DNA from: an uncultured Candidatus Hydrogenedens sp.
GTDB lineage: Bacteria; Desulfobacterota_D; UBA1144
Length of the DNA stretch: 64,000 nucleotides
Direction of reading: 5' to 3'
NCBI GenBank assembly: GCA_902609885.1
Contig: CACLTT010000006.1
Coordinates: 6,802-70,801 of the forward strand
The translations under genes were made by a program, and so were the position numbers. This document shows, piece by piece, positions 9,846 through 20,441 of this stretch. Below the pieces are notes generated by a model that did not search any database, was not told the DNA's origin, and worked only from the letters and a program-made list of their open reading frames with translations. How positions within the stretch are numbered: the stretch's first letter is position 1; every line of letters starts with the position of its first letter.

Positions 9846-10229
9846 TTAAACTCTTCTTTTTGCAGGCGGTCTGCAGCCATTATGTGGCAGAGGAGTTACA
9901 TCCTTAATTAAATTGATTTTAATTCCTACATTTTGGATTGATCTTATAGCTGTTTCACGTCCTGGTCCTGGACCTTTAACATAGACAGCAATAGTTTTCA
10001 TACCTAATTCTGTAGCTTTTTTTGCGGCATCCTCTGCCGCTAATTGTGCAGCGAAAGGAGTTCCTTTTCTGGTTCCCTTAAATCCTTCTTTTCCTCCTGC
10101 TGCCCAAGATAGAACATTTCCATCGTTATCTGTAATTGTAACAATGGTATTATTAAAAGTTGCTTGGATATGAGCAATTCCAGATTCAACAAACTTTTTG
10201 GTTTTTTTACTTTTTTTTGTTTTTTTCAA
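9846..10229 (-). CDS. rpsK: 30S ribosomal protein S11
   Basis: 127 aa, [18 protein letters not shown]. Confidence 0.93.
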   Translation of the reverse strand: MKKTKKSKKTKKFVESGIAHIQATFNNTIVTITDNDGNVLSWAAGGKEGFKGTRKGTPFAAQLAAEDAAKKATELGMKTIAVYVKGPGPGRETAIRSIQNVGIKINLIKDVTPLPHNGCRPPAKRRV

Positions 10230-10242
10230 AATTATTTAGCTC

Positions 10243-10626
10243 CTACTTCAAACCAGCCTGTTTCTTTTTGGCTATAGCAAGACCCTTCTTACCTCTTCGA
10301 GTCCTAGCATTTGATTTTGTTCTTTGTCCTCTACATGGTAGTTTTTTTCTGTGTCTTACACCTCTGTAAGATACAATTTCCTGTAGCCTCTTAATATTAT
10401 TTTGAACTTCAACTCTAAGTTCTCCTTCAACAAGATATTCACTTTCAATTAATTGCCTGATTCTTGAAACATCATCATCAGTTAGTTGTGATGTTTTAAC
10501 AGAGGAGTCAATATTTGCCTTTTTAAGAATATCTTGTGATATTCTCTTTCCAATCCCATAGATATAAGTAAGAGATATTAAAACTCTTTTATTCTCAGGT
10601 ATGTCTACTCCAGCTATTCTAGGCAT
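10243..10626 (-). CDS. rpsM: 30S ribosomal protein S13
   Basis: 127 aa, MPRIAGVDIPENKRVLISLTYIYGIG. Confidence 0.93.
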   Translation of the reverse strand: MPRIAGVDIPENKRVLISLTYIYGIGKRISQDILKKANIDSSVKTSQLTDDDVSRIRQLIESEYLVEGELRVEVQNNIKRLQEIVSYRGVRHRKKLPCRGQRTKSNARTRRGKKGLAIAKKKQAGLK

Positions 10627-10664
10627 AAATACTCCATTAAAGCGTTATATTATATATGATAATG

Positions 10665-10883
10665 TCATTTCAATCTATATGTTATTCTACCTTTTGTCAA
10701 ATCATAAGGTGATACTTCAACTTTCACTTTATCCCCAGGCAAAATCCTTATAAAATGAGTTCTCATCTTACCTGAAACATATGCTAATATTTGATGGCCA
10801 TTTTCAAGCTCTACCTTAAACATTGCATTTGGAAGAGCTTCCAAAATAGAACCTTCTAGTTCGACTCTTTCTTCTTTTGCCAT
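10665..10883 (-). CDS. infA: translation initiation factor IF-1
   Basis: 72 aa, [27 protein letters not shown]. Confidence 0.93.
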   Translation of the reverse strand: MAKEERVELEGSILEALPNAMFKVELENGHQILAYVSGKMRTHFIRILPGDKVKVEVSPYDLTKGRITYRLK

Positions 10884-10888
10884 AATAA

Positions 10889-11650
10889 TTAATTGGTTAA
10901 AATTTTTGGACCATTCTTGGTTAATGCAACAGTGTGCTCAAAATGTGCAGACAAACTACCGTCACAAGTCTTAACTGTCCAATTATCATTACCTAACTCG
11001 ACTTCAAAATTACCAACATTTACCATTGGTTCAATTGCTAAAACCATTCCCTCCTTAAGTTTCATTGATTTTGATCTATCATTATTATCTAAAATAAAAT
11101 TAGGCACATGTGGCTCTTCATGCAAATCTTTTCCTATTCCATGACCAACGTAGGACCTAACAACTGTAAATCCGTTTTTTTCAATATGATCCTGAATCGC
11201 TTTGGATATATCATAAATTTTATTTCCAACTTGAGCTTTTTGAATTCCTAGGTTTAAAGATTCTTTAGTAACATTTAAAAGTTTTGTAATATTTTCGCTT
11301 ACATTACCAACAGGAAAAGTAAATGCAGAGTCTGCATAGAAAGTTCCGTCATATACACCAAAATCTATACCAATAATATCGCCTTGTTTGAGAATCTTAT
11401 TTTTAGAAGGCAATCCATGTACTACTTCATTGTTAATTGATGCGCAAATAGATGAGGGAAAATTTTGATATCCTTTGAAAGCGGGAATAAATCCTTTAGA
11501 GATAGTATATTCTTCTGCTAATTTATCTAATTCCCATGTAGATATGCCAGGCTCAATATTTTTAACTATAATTTCTCTTACATCTGAAATTATTTTACCG
11601 CATGCACTCATTTGATTAATTTCATTTTTATTTTTAATTTTCACTGACAT
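10889..11650 (-). CDS. map: methionine aminopeptidase type I
   Basis: 253 aa with MetAP metal-binding residues and fold pattern. Confidence 0.88.
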   Translation of the reverse strand: MSVKIKNKNEINQMSACGKIISDVREIIVKNIEPGISTWELDKLAEEYTISKGFIPAFKGYQNFPSSICASINNEVVHGLPSKNKILKQGDIIGIDFGVYDGTFYADSAFTFPVGNVSENITKLLNVTKESLNLGIQKAQVGNKIYDISKAIQDHIEKNGFTVVRSYVGHGIGKDLHEEPHVPNFILDNNDRSKSMKLKEGMVLAIEPMVNVGNFEVELGNDNWTVKTCDGSLSAHFEHTVALTKNGPKILTN

Positions 11651-11656
11651 TATAAA

Positions 11657-12202
11657 CTATAATAACTTTTCAATATCAGAACTAACCTCTTCAATCGAAT
11701 TATCTCCCTTAATTTCTAATAATTTATTACTATTTTTATAAAAATCTTTAATAGGTAAAGTTTGATTTTTATAAACTTCTAATCTGTTTTTTATTGTTGT
11801 TTCATTATCATCGCTTCTTCCACGAGACAACAATCTCTTTGTTAAAACATTATCATCAACTTCCAAAGAAATAACTTTATCTATTTCTTTGTTAGACTTA
11901 ATAAGCATTGAATCTAATGCTTCAGCTTGAGAAATAGTTCTAGGAAATCCATCAAAAAGAAATCCATTTACATTAGTAGTAGATTCAATCTTATTTTTTA
12001 TCATTCCGATTATCAAGTCGTCGGTAACTAATTCACCTGAATCCATAAATTTTTTGGCTTCAATTCCTAATTCAGTATTGTTAGAGACTTCTTCTCTAAG
12101 AATATCTCCAGTGGATAAATGTAAAAGATTATGTTTTTCCTTTAAAAGGTCGGCTTGAGTCCCTTTTCCTGCGCCTGGTGGGCCAAATAAAATTAAAATC
12201 AT
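11657..12202 (-). CDS. adk: adenylate kinase (short type, no Zn lid)
   Basis: 181 aa with P-loop GPPGAGKGTQ. Confidence 0.9.
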   Translation of the reverse strand: MILILFGPPGAGKGTQADLLKEKHNLLHLSTGDILREEVSNNTELGIEAKKFMDSGELVTDDLIIGMIKNKIESTTNVNGFLFDGFPRTISQAEALDSMLIKSNKEIDKVISLEVDDNVLTKRLLSRGRSDDNETTIKNRLEVYKNQTLPIKDFYKNSNKLLEIKGDNSIEEVSSDIEKLL

Positions 12203-12206
12203 ATAA

Positions 12207-13523
12207 TCACCTCATATTGAACCTTTTAGGTTCCTTTTTCCTTTTTTTATTACCATAATTATCATAATTATCTGAAATAAGAAATGATTGAATCTGTTGA
12301 ATAGTATCTAAAGTAACACCAATCACTATCAATAAAGATGTTCCACCAAAAAAGAAAGGTAGGCTGAAAGGCTTTGCATTTAGTATAGCTGGAATTACAC
12401 AAACTAATGCAAGGTATAGCGCTCCAATGATAGTGAGTTTTGACATTACACCCTTAATATAATCAGTAGTATTGTTTCCAGGTCTAATTCCTGGAATAAA
12501 AGCCCCATTTTTCTTGAGGTTATCAGACAATTCTGTAGGATTAATTACCATGCCGGTATAAAAAAATGTAAAAAATATAACTAATAATGCAAAAACTAAA
12601 TTATAAATAAATCCATTATTTAAAAAAGATGCGGATAGTTGATTCAAACTTGGAACATCAATATAATTAAAAATAGTTAAAGGCAATAATAGAATTGACG
12701 AAGCAAAAATTGGAGGAATGACACCCGCTGGATTAATTTTCAAAGGTAGATGCGACGACTGAGCCATTGAAACTTTTCTACCTTGTGTTTTTTGAGGATA
12801 TTGAACAGGTATTTTCCTAAAAGATCTCTCAACAAAAACTACAGAATATAAAACTACTAGCATAATAATTAAATATAAAATAATAGTTAATATATTTAGA
12901 TCACCAATAGCAACAAAATTAAAAAGCTTGCCAATTGCAGATGGAGCTCCAGTTATGATTGATGCAGCAATTATTAACGACAAACCATTACCTATACCAA
13001 AGTTTGTGATTTGCTCACCAAGCCACATTACAAAAAAAGTTCCAGCTGTTAAAGTAAAGACAGTAAGTAAGTAAAAACTTAGACCAGGATCAAAAACAAT
13101 ATTTGCACCAGTTCCAAGTCCTGTCTGAAGAGCTGTAACTAATAAAGAAGCTTGAAAAAAACATATTATAATTGTTAGATACCTTGAGTATTGTGCTATT
13201 TTTTTTTTACCTGAGCTTTCTTTATTTAATTCTTCTAGTTTAGGAATAGTTTTAACAACCAGTGACATCACAATCGATGATGTAATATAAGGCATAACGC
13301 CAAGAGCAAAAATAGAGGCTCTCTCAAAGGCACCGCCTGAAAATAAATTAATTATATCAAAAAAAGATTTACCTTGATTTGAAAAGATTTTTAGGATTTC
13401 TGCAGAGTCAACACCAGGAATAGGCACAAAAACTCCAAGTCTATATATTATTAAAATAAATAAGGTAAATAAAATTCTTTTATTTAACTCTGGTAATTTT
13501 GGTAATGAATCAACGGAGCTCAT
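12207..13523 (-). CDS. secY: preprotein translocase subunit SecY
   Basis: 438 aa with multi-TM SecY motifs. Confidence 0.93.
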   Translation of the reverse strand: MSSVDSLPKLPELNKRILFTLFILIIYRLGVFVPIPGVDSAEILKIFSNQGKSFFDIINLFSGGAFERASIFALGVMPYITSSIVMSLVVKTIPKLEELNKESSGKKKIAQYSRYLTIIICFFQASLLVTALQTGLGTGANIVFDPGLSFYLLTVFTLTAGTFFVMWLGEQITNFGIGNGLSLIIAASIITGAPSAIGKLFNFVAIGDLNILTIILYLIIMLVVLYSVVFVERSFRKIPVQYPQKTQGRKVSMAQSSHLPLKINPAGVIPPIFASSILLLPLTIFNYIDVPSLNQLSASFLNNGFIYNLVFALLVIFFTFFYTGMVINPTELSDNLKKNGAFIPGIRPGNNTTDYIKGVMSKLTIIGALYLALVCVIPAILNAKPFSLPFFFGGTSLLIVIGVTLDTIQQIQSFLISDNYDNYGNKKRKKEPKRFNMR

Positions 13524-13954
13524 ACTTTAACAATTGAACCGCCTGCTGATTTAATTTTACTTTCTGCTGATTTGGAAAATGCATCAATCCTTATAGAAAA
13601 TTTTTTATTTAAATCTCCATGGCCTAAAATTTTAACAGGCTTACTACCGTTAATTTTTCCAATTTTTATTAGAAAATCTTTATTAATTTCATCAGATGTT
13701 TCAATCTTGTTTAATTGACCGACATTTATAACATCATATTGAATTCTGTTGTAATTCTTAAAACCTCTTTTAGGGGTTCTCAAAACAAAACTAGATTGAC
13801 CACCCTCAAACAGTATGGGTACACCACCACCCGATCTTGAATTCTGACCTTTGTGACCCCTACCAGCAGTTTTACCTTTTGAACCAGGACCACGACCAAC
13901 CCTCATTTTCTTGGTTGCGGTTGTTTTTTTTAAATCATTAAGCATTAATTTCAC
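13520..13954 (-). CDS. rplO: 50S ribosomal protein L15
   Basis: 144 aa, RVGRGPGSKGKTAGRGHKGQ. It directly abuts rpsE with no rpmD between them, and the true start may be the second Met. Confidence 0.9.
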   Translation of the reverse strand: MKLMLNDLKKTTATKKMRVGRGPGSKGKTAGRGHKGQNSRSGGGVPILFEGGQSSFVLRTPKRGFKNYNRIQYDVINVGQLNKIETSDEINKDFLIKIGKINGSKPVKILGHGDLNKKFSIRIDAFSKSAESKIKSAGGSIVKV

Positions 13955-14477
13955 CTTCAGCTTTATTTTTATAATATTGTTTAGGTAGATCTAAATCAGA
14001 AGATTCTTTACCTCTATTCTCAGCTGTATCAGAAGGCTCATTTAACAATTTAAGACATTCTATAGTAGCGCTAACAACATTGATAGGATTTCTAGACCCT
14101 AGAGACTTTGTTAAGACATCTTTAATACCTGCAAGCTCTAAAACCGACCTTACTGCGGCTCCCGCTATTACGCCAGTACCTGAACCCGCTGGTCTTATCA
14201 TGACTTGTGAAGATAAAGATTTAGCATAAACTTCATGAGTTATTGTTCTTCCATTCATATTTATTTCAATTAAATTTTTCTTTGCTTTTTCAATAGCTTT
14301 TCTTATTGCATCAGGGACCTCATTTGATTTACCTAACCCCGAACCAACTTTTCCTTTCATATTACCTATAACAACTAAGGCTGTGAAATGAAAATTTTTA
14401 CCACCTTTTGTTACCTTTGCAACTCTTCTAATGTGTATTATTTTCTCTGTAAATTCTTTATCTTGTTTAAAACTCAA
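13938..14477 (-). CDS. rpsE: 30S ribosomal protein S5
   Basis: 179 aa with the S5 dsRBD and C-terminal domain pattern. Confidence 0.92.
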   Translation of the reverse strand: MSFKQDKEFTEKIIHIRRVAKVTKGGKNFHFTALVVIGNMKGKVGSGLGKSNEVPDAIRKAIEKAKKNLIEINMNGRTITHEVYAKSLSSQVMIRPAGSGTGVIAGAAVRSVLELAGIKDVLTKSLGSRNPINVVSATIECLKLLNEPSDTAENRGKESSDLDLPKQYYKNKAEGEINA

Positions 14478-14488
14478 ATTTTATCTCC

Positions 14489-14821
14489 TTAAAAATTAAA
14501 TCCTTTATCTCTGAGCGCATCAGCAAACTCTTTTAATCTACCATGATATTTATAACCACTTTTATCAAAAACAATTTTTTTAACGCCCAACTTAGATGCT
14601 TTGTCAGCTAAAGATTCAGCAAGTTTTAAAGAAGGTTCTTTTTTTGAAATAGCCGCAGATGCTAATGTAATCCCTTTTGTATCATCAACTAAACCTACAT
14701 AATAATTTTTTAAGGATCTAAAAATATATAATCTTGGGATCTCATGAGTTCCAAAAATATTTTTTCTATTTCTAGAGTGCCTTTTAACTCTAAGTTTGTT
14801 TTTTTGAATTTGATTAATCAT
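14489..14821 (-). CDS. rplR: 50S ribosomal protein L18
   Basis: 110 aa. Confidence 0.9.
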   Translation of the reverse strand: MINQIQKNKLRVKRHSRNRKNIFGTHEIPRLYIFRSLKNYYVGLVDDTKGITLASAAISKKEPSLKLAESLADKASKLGVKKIVFDKSGYKYHGRLKEFADALRDKGFNF

Positions 14822-14823
14822 TT

Positions 14824-15378
14824 TTATTCACCTTTTCCACCAGCAGACTTCCCAGCTTTTAACTTCACATATTCTCCTTGATATCTTACACCTTTACCTT
14901 TATACCTTTCAGGCTTTCTTAATTTTCTTATCCTTGCAGCAATTTCACCCACAACCTCTTTATTAATACCCTTTATTTTTAACAATGTGCCTTTGTTTTC
15001 AGTTTCTGCCTCAATTCCATCAGGTAACACAAAATTAATAGGGTTAGAATATCCTAAGTTTAAAATAAGTTCATTTTTTGATTTAATATCACATTTATAT
15101 CCTGTACCTTTTATTTCAAGCGCTTTTTCAAAACCATCGGTAACACCAATTATCATATTATTAATCAAAGATCTGGTTAATCCGTGAAGTGCTTTAACTT
15201 TATTAACATCGGAATTTCTTTTTACTAAAATCTTATCATCACCAATATCTAACTGGACATCGTTAGGTATTGTACGATTTAACTCCCCCTTTGGACCTTT
15301 TATCTTTAAAATACCCTTATTAAAATCGATATTTATTTCTTTATTTATTAAAATTTCTTTATTTCCGATTCTAGACAT
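14824..15378 (-). CDS. rplF: 50S ribosomal protein L6
   Basis: 184 aa, MSRIGNKEI. Confidence 0.92.
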   Translation of the reverse strand: MSRIGNKEILINKEINIDFNKGILKIKGPKGELNRTIPNDVQLDIGDDKILVKRNSDVNKVKALHGLTRSLINNMIIGVTDGFEKALEIKGTGYKCDIKSKNELILNLGYSNPINFVLPDGIEAETENKGTLLKIKGINKEVVGEIAARIRKLRKPERYKGKGVRYQGEYVKLKAGKSAGGKGE

Positions 15379-15384
15379 AACATT

Positions 15385-15780
15385 TTAGAGAATACTACAA
15401 AGAATCTCTCCTCCTACACCAATTTCTCTTGCCTTATTTCCAGTCATAACTCCTCTTGAGGTAGAGATTATAGAAGTACCAAGACCACCGGAAATCCTAG
15501 GAATTTCATTTTTATTTACATAAACTCTTAATCCTGGCTTACTTATCCTTTTAATTTTCTTGATAACTGGAGCTTTTCTAGAATCATATTTTAAATCAAT
15601 TTTTATACTTGGAAAGTTTCCATTTTTAATAATTTGAAAAGAATTAATAAATCCTTCATTTTGAAGTATTTTTGCAATTTCTACTTTAAATTTTGATGAA
15701 GGAACTAATACGTTCTTATGCTTTTTTGTTACAGCATTTCTAATTCTAGTTAACATATCTGATATTGGATCTATTACCAT
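15385..15780 (-). CDS. rpsH: 30S ribosomal protein S8
   Basis: 131 aa, DPISDMLTRIRNA. Confidence 0.93.
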   Translation of the reverse strand: MVIDPISDMLTRIRNAVTKKHKNVLVPSSKFKVEIAKILQNEGFINSFQIIKNGNFPSIKIDLKYDSRKAPVIKKIKRISKPGLRVYVNKNEIPRISGGLGTSIISTSRGVMTGNKAREIGVGGEILCSIL

Positions 15781-15790
15781 TTTTACCTCA

Positions 15791-15976
15791 CTACCAACTA
15801 GCTTTTTTAACTCCAGGAATTAATCCTTGACTAGCTAATTTTCTAAATGCATTTCTGCTCATCCCATATTTTCTAATAAAACCCCTAGGTCTTCCAGTTA
15901 ATGGGCATCGATTATACTCTCGTACTTTGAATTTTTGTTTTTTATTCGCTTTTACAATCATTGATTTCTTTGCCAT
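15791..15976 (-). CDS. rpsN: 30S ribosomal protein S14, short (type Z length) but lacking the Cys4 zinc ligands
   Basis: 61 aa ending IPGVKKASW. It carries only one Cys ([10 protein letters not shown]) where Z-type S14 has CxxC...CxxC. Confidence 0.9.
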   Translation of the reverse strand: MAKKSMIVKANKKQKFKVREYNRCPLTGRPRGFIRKYGMSRNAFRKLASQGLIPGVKKASW

Positions 15977-15986
15977 TTTATATCAC

Positions 15987-16535
15987 CTATCTTTTTTTAA
16001 AGGGAAATCCGAGCTTCTCCATTAAAATTAACGCATCATCATCGGATTGCGCTGTTGTAACAATTGTTATATTCATTCCTTTTGTTTTTGAAGTCTTTGT
16101 TGGATCAATTTCCGGAAATACAAGATGATCCTGAATACCTAAATTATAATTACCTCTGTTATCGAATGCTTTTCTAGATATTCCTCTAAAATCTCTCACC
16201 CTTGGTAATGCCAAATGTAATAATTTCATAAGAAATTCATACATTTTATTTCCTCTAAGGGTCACCCTTGCTCCAATTGATGAGCCTTCTCTTAACTTAA
16301 AGCCCGCTTCAGATTTTTTGGCTTTAGTTGCTACAGCTCTTTGATTAGCTATTTTGGATAATTCATCTACTGCTTCCTCAATTAATTTTCCATCTTTCCC
16401 TGCATCAGACATTTTTCCAAGACCCATATTGATAGATACTTTTACTAGCTTAGGCGCTTGCATTTTATTAGACAAATTAACTGAACCAAGAATATCTTCT
16501 AGGGAATTATTATATAGAGTTTTTAGATTATCCAT
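15987..16535 (-). CDS. rplE: 50S ribosomal protein L5
   Basis: 182 aa. Confidence 0.92.
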   Translation of the reverse strand: MDNLKTLYNNSLEDILGSVNLSNKMQAPKLVKVSINMGLGKMSDAGKDGKLIEEAVDELSKIANQRAVATKAKKSEAGFKLREGSSIGARVTLRGNKMYEFLMKLLHLALPRVRDFRGISRKAFDNRGNYNLGIQDHLVFPEIDPTKTSKTKGMNITIVTTAQSDDDALILMEKLGFPFKKR

Positions 16536-16764
16536 TAGCTATTACCTTTACGTTTGATATATCAATTGGCATTTCTTTATTAACTATGCCTCCTGATTGA
16601 TTTTGTTGATCTGGCTTTTTATGTCTTTTTACAACATTTATATTTTCTATAATTAATTTATTAGTTTTGGGAAAAACTGTTAAAACTTTTCCTACTTGAC
16701 CTTTATATTTGCCAGCGATTATTTTTACTTCTAAGCCTTTTTTTGGTTTTAGAGATTTAGACAC
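16528..16764 (-). CDS. rplX: 50S ribosomal protein L24
   Basis: 78 aa (short), with a KOW motif. Confidence 0.88.
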   Translation of the reverse strand: MSKSLKPKKGLEVKIIAGKYKGQVGKVLTVFPKTNKLIIENINVVKRHKKPDQQNQSGGIVNKEMPIDISNVKVIANG

Positions 16765-17132
16765 TATATAACCTCCGGGGCGAGCGAAACTATTTTCATG
16801 AAACCTTTATTTCTCAATTCTCTTGCGACTGGCCCAAAAATTCTTGTACCAACAGGTTGATTTTCTTTATTTATAAGGACTGCTGCATTATCATCAAACC
16901 TTATATATGATCCGTCTGGTCTTCTTAATTCTTTTTTTGTTCTAACTATAACAGCTTGAAATATTTTACCTTTCTCCACTTTTGAGTTTGGAATTGCAGC
17001 TCTAATCGAAACTGTAACAATATCACCTATTCTTGCATATCTTCTAAAAGAACCGCCTTTAAGATTTATTACATTGAGTTGTTTAGCGCCTGAATTATCT
17101 GCAGAAACTAATTGAGTCTCAGTTTGAATCAT
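16764..17132 (-). CDS. rplN: 50S ribosomal protein L14
   Basis: 122 aa, [17 protein letters not shown]. Confidence 0.94.
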   Translation of the reverse strand: MIQTETQLVSADNSGAKQLNVINLKGGSFRRYARIGDIVTVSIRAAIPNSKVEKGKIFQAVIVRTKKELRRPDGSYIRFDDNAAVLINKENQPVGTRIFGPVARELRNKGFMKIVSLAPEVI

Positions 17133-17389
17133 AGTGCTTCTCCTTTAGAAATAATCTCGACGAGCTTCCATCTCTTTATTTTACTTATAGGCTTAGTCTC
17201 AATTGCACGAACTTTGTCACCAACCTTAGCTTCATTTTTTTCATCGTGAACGTGAAACTTCTTCTTTAAAACTACAATCTTATTATAAGCTGTGTTTTTT
17301 GATGAAGTCTCAATCTGTACCATTAGAGTCTTGTCTGCAGAATTTTTAATAACAACCCCTTTTACTTCACGCATTCTACCTCTAGACAT
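17129..17389 (-). CDS. rpsQ: 30S ribosomal protein S17
   Basis: 86 aa. Confidence 0.9.
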   Translation of the reverse strand: MSRGRMREVKGVVIKNSADKTLMVQIETSSKNTAYNKIVVLKKKFHVHDEKNEAKVGDKVRAIETKPISKIKRWKLVEIISKGEAL

Positions 17390-17586
17390 TATTCTTTCAC
17401 CTCTTTTCTAAAATTAAGCTCTGTCAAACATCTCGCAATATCTTTCTTAATTTTTGTAAATGAGTTGGTGTCAAAATCACCTTGGTTTAGTCTAGATATT
17501 TTAGCCTTTAATATAGAATTTTTTAATTCTATTATTTTATTTTCAATCTCGGATGTATCTAATTTCTTAATCTCTTGCATATTCAT
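17389..17586 (-). CDS. rpmC: 50S ribosomal protein L29
   Basis: 65 aa, called by position between rplP and rpsQ plus a coiled-coil pattern. Confidence 0.85.
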   Translation of the reverse strand: MNMQEIKKLDTSEIENKIIELKNSILKAKISRLNQGDFDTNSFTKIKKDIARCLTELNFRKEVKE

Positions 17587-18008
17587 TATATTAACAAACC
17601 TCTTGTTCTGACAACTACTCTAGTTCTGACGGGCAACTTTGCAGAAGCAAGTCTTAAGGCTTCCCTCGCTAGCTCTTCATCAACACCAGCAATCTCATAT
17701 AGCATTGTCCCTTTTTTTATTGGAGCAACATATCGGTCTATATCACCCTTGCCTTTTCCCATTCTGACCTCAGCAGGCTTTTTAGAAACAGGTTTATGAG
17801 GAAAAATTCTAATCCAAAGTTTTGCGCCCCTTTTAACTTTTCTTGTAATTGCAATCCTTGCAGCTTCAATCTGCCTACCAGTTATACGAGAAAAATCTAA
17901 AGACTGAAGTCCAAACTCACCGAAGGAAACTTTATTACCCTTTGTCGCAACACCTCTTACTCTACCTTTATGAATTTTTCTATGTTTGCTTTTTTTAGGC
18001 TGAAGCAT
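17586..18008 (-). CDS. rplP: 50S ribosomal protein L16
   Basis: 140 aa, [11 protein letters not shown]. Confidence 0.94.
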   Translation of the reverse strand: MLQPKKSKHRKIHKGRVRGVATKGNKVSFGEFGLQSLDFSRITGRQIEAARIAITRKVKRGAKLWIRIFPHKPVSKKPAEVRMGKGKGDIDRYVAPIKKGTMLYEIAGVDEELAREALRLASAKLPVRTRVVVRTRGLLI

Positions 18009-18669
18009 TTTCTACTCCTTTCGTTTTTTCTTTTCTTTTAATAACTTCTCCTTTGAAAATCCAAACTTTAATACCAATTATTCCATATGTTGTTTTTGCC
18101 TCAGCAAAACCATAATCAATATCAGCCCTTAAAGTGCTAAGGGGAACTCTTCCTTCTCTATACCATTCGCTTCTTGCAATTTCGGCACCACCCAATCTAC
18201 CAGAAACCATAACTTTAATTCCTATTGCACCCAGACGTAAGGCAGATGACATACTTCTCTTCATAGCTCTTCTATATGCCACTCTTCTCTCTAATTGCAA
18301 TGCAATATTTTCTGCAACAAGTTGTGAATCTATTTCTGGTCTTTTAACTTCTCTAATATCAATATAAACATCTTTATTAACCATTTTATTTAAATCTTTT
18401 CTAAGCGATTCAATATCAATACCCTTTCTTCCTATTAGTAGTCCTGGCTTTGAACAATAGACGACTAATCGCATTTTTTCTTCTGACGATCTTTCAATTT
18501 CAAGTTTTGATATTCCAGCTTGAAAAAATTTTTTCTTTACATAGCTTCTAACTTTTAAATCCTCATGCAGAAAATCTTTGTATTTAACTTTGTTGGCTAT
18601 AAACCAATTAGAGTTCCAATTTCTTGTTATACCAATTCTTAATGAAATAGGATTTACTTTTTGACCCAT
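17995..18669 (-). CDS. rpsC: 30S ribosomal protein S3
   Basis: 224 aa, [13 protein letters not shown]. Confidence 0.94.
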   Translation of the reverse strand: MGQKVNPISLRIGITRNWNSNWFIANKVKYKDFLHEDLKVRSYVKKKFFQAGISKLEIERSSEEKMRLVVYCSKPGLLIGRKGIDIESLRKDLNKMVNKDVYIDIREVKRPEIDSQLVAENIALQLERRVAYRRAMKRSMSSALRLGAIGIKVMVSGRLGGAEIARSEWYREGRVPLSTLRADIDYGFAEAKTTYGIIGIKVWIFKGEVIKRKEKTKGVENASA

Positions 18670-19007
18670 TAGTTAACTCCCTCTTTCAAAATTATAGTTA
18701 TATGGCTTGTTCTTTTATATCTTTTCGTTGCTCTTCCCATTGCTCTAGCCTTATATCTTTTAAATATTGGGCCTTCAGTACTATAGGCCTCTGAAACAGA
18801 TATTTTTGAAGTATCTGTAAACCCTTTCTCATAGGCATTAGAAACTGCAGATTTTAAAGTTTTAGAAACTTCTTCTTTAGCACCTTTATTAATATTTTTT
18901 AGTAACATAAATGCATAGTCTACATTTTTTCCTCTGATTACATCTAGCACAGTATTAACTTTTCTTGGCGTTCTTCTAATATATTTATTTACTGCTTTAG
19001 AAATCAT
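18669..19007 (-). CDS. rplV: 50S ribosomal protein L22
   Basis: 112 aa. Confidence 0.9.
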   Translation of the reverse strand: MISKAVNKYIRRTPRKVNTVLDVIRGKNVDYAFMLLKNINKGAKEEVSKTLKSAVSNAYEKGFTDTSKISVSEAYSTEGPIFKRYKARAMGRATKRYKRTSHITIILKEGVN

Positions 19008-19291
19008 TATCTACCCACCTTAGATTTTTTATCACCGCCAGCATGTGATACAAAAGTTCTCGTTGGAGAAAATTCTCCAAGTTTATGGCCCAGCATATAT
19101 TCTGTAACATAAACAGGTACAAATTTCCTTCCATTGTAAACAGCAAAGGTTAAACCTATCATATCTGGAACAATCATTGATCTTCTAGACCAAGTTTTAA
19201 TTATTTTTTGGCTATCTTCTTCTTTAGCTTTGAGTACCTTTTTCATTAGTTTATCATCTACAAAAGGTCCTTTTTTTACTGATCTACCCAT
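19007..19291 (-). CDS. rpsS: 30S ribosomal protein S19
   Basis: 94 aa, [12 protein letters not shown]. Confidence 0.94.
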   Translation of the reverse strand: MGRSVKKGPFVDDKLMKKVLKAKEEDSQKIIKTWSRRSMIVPDMIGLTFAVYNGRKFVPVYVTEYMLGHKLGEFSPTRTFVSHAGGDKKSKVGR

Positions 19292-19298
19292 ATACTAT

Positions 19299-20147
19299 TT
19301 ACCTCTTATCCATTCCATATCCAACTCTTCTTCGTTTAACTATTAACTTGTCAGACTTAGGATTATTCCTTGTCTTCTTTCCAATTGTTATCCATCCCCA
19401 TTTTGATACTGGATGAGGATTACCACGCGCGGCTTTACCCTCACCACCACCATGTGGGTGATCAACTGGATTCATAGCAACCCCTCTTACAATTGGTCTT
19501 CTACCCAAATATCTTTTACGACCTGCCTTACCAATGACAACCTGATTATGTTTTTCATTTCCGAGTTTACCTACTGTAGCCCGACATTCGCAAAGTAATT
19601 TTCTTGTTTCACCAGAGGCCAATTTAATCTGGGTTAACTTATTTTCAGTTCCTAAAACAGTCGCATATGCACCAGCAGATCTAGCAATTTTACCACCACC
19701 TTTAGGAGCAATCTCAATATTATGGACTAAGGTTCCTTCAGGAATATTTTTTAACAATAAAGAATTACCATTAACAATTTCTGTTTTATCTGATGAGACT
19801 ATTTTGTCACCAACTTTAAGGTTTAGAGGAGAAAGTATATATCTTTTTTCACCATCTGAATAATTTACTAGTGCAATTCTAGCTGATCTATAAGGATCAT
19901 ATTCAATGGTTTTTATTGTACCAAATATGTCATATTTATCTCTTTTAAAATCTATTAACCTATAAAGTTTTTTTGCTCCACCTCCCCTACTCTTTGAAGT
20001 TATACGACCATTATTATTTCTACCCTTTTTCTTATGAATAGATTTAACTAGAGGCTTATAAGGAGTCTTAGTAGTTATTTCATCAAAATCAGCTGATGTC
20101 ATAAAACGTCTTCCAGGACTGGTTGGTTTATATTTTTGAATCGCCAT
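19299..20147 (-). CDS. rplB: 50S ribosomal protein L2
   Basis: 282 aa with the L2 signature GGG..K..HP. Confidence 0.94.
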   Translation of the reverse strand: MAIQKYKPTSPGRRFMTSADFDEITTKTPYKPLVKSIHKKKGRNNNGRITSKSRGGGAKKLYRLIDFKRDKYDIFGTIKTIEYDPYRSARIALVNYSDGEKRYILSPLNLKVGDKIVSSDKTEIVNGNSLLLKNIPEGTLVHNIEIAPKGGGKIARSAGAYATVLGTENKLTQIKLASGETRKLLCECRATVGKLGNEKHNQVVIGKAGRKRYLGRRPIVRGVAMNPVDHPHGGGEGKAARGNPHPVSKWGWITIGKKTRNNPKSDKLIVKRRRVGYGMDKR

Positions 20148-20150
20148 CTT

Positions 20151-20441
20151 TTAAACTCCTTGAATAAATTCTATTTTTCCCTCTTTTAAAGTTATAAAAG
20201 CTTTCTTTTGCTTAGATCTTTTACCTGAAACTTTTCCGCCCTTTTTGACAATCTTACCAGGCTTAATAGAAGTTCTAACATCTTCAACTTTTACATCAAA
20301 AAATTTCTGAATAGCATCTTTAATCTCATTTTTGGTCGCTTTGGCAGCAACTTCAAAAACGTAGCATTGTGCTTGATTAAGAGAAGCCGATTTTTCAGTC
20401 ATTAAAGGCTTTATTAAAATATCAGAAATAAATTTTTTCAA
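20151..20441 (-). CDS. rplW: 50S ribosomal protein L23
   Basis: 96 aa. Confidence 0.9.
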   Translation of the reverse strand: MKKFISDILIKPLMTEKSASLNQAQCYVFEVAAKATKNEIKDAIQKFFDVKVEDVRTSIKPGKIVKKGGKVSGKRSKQKKAFITLKEGKIEFIQGV

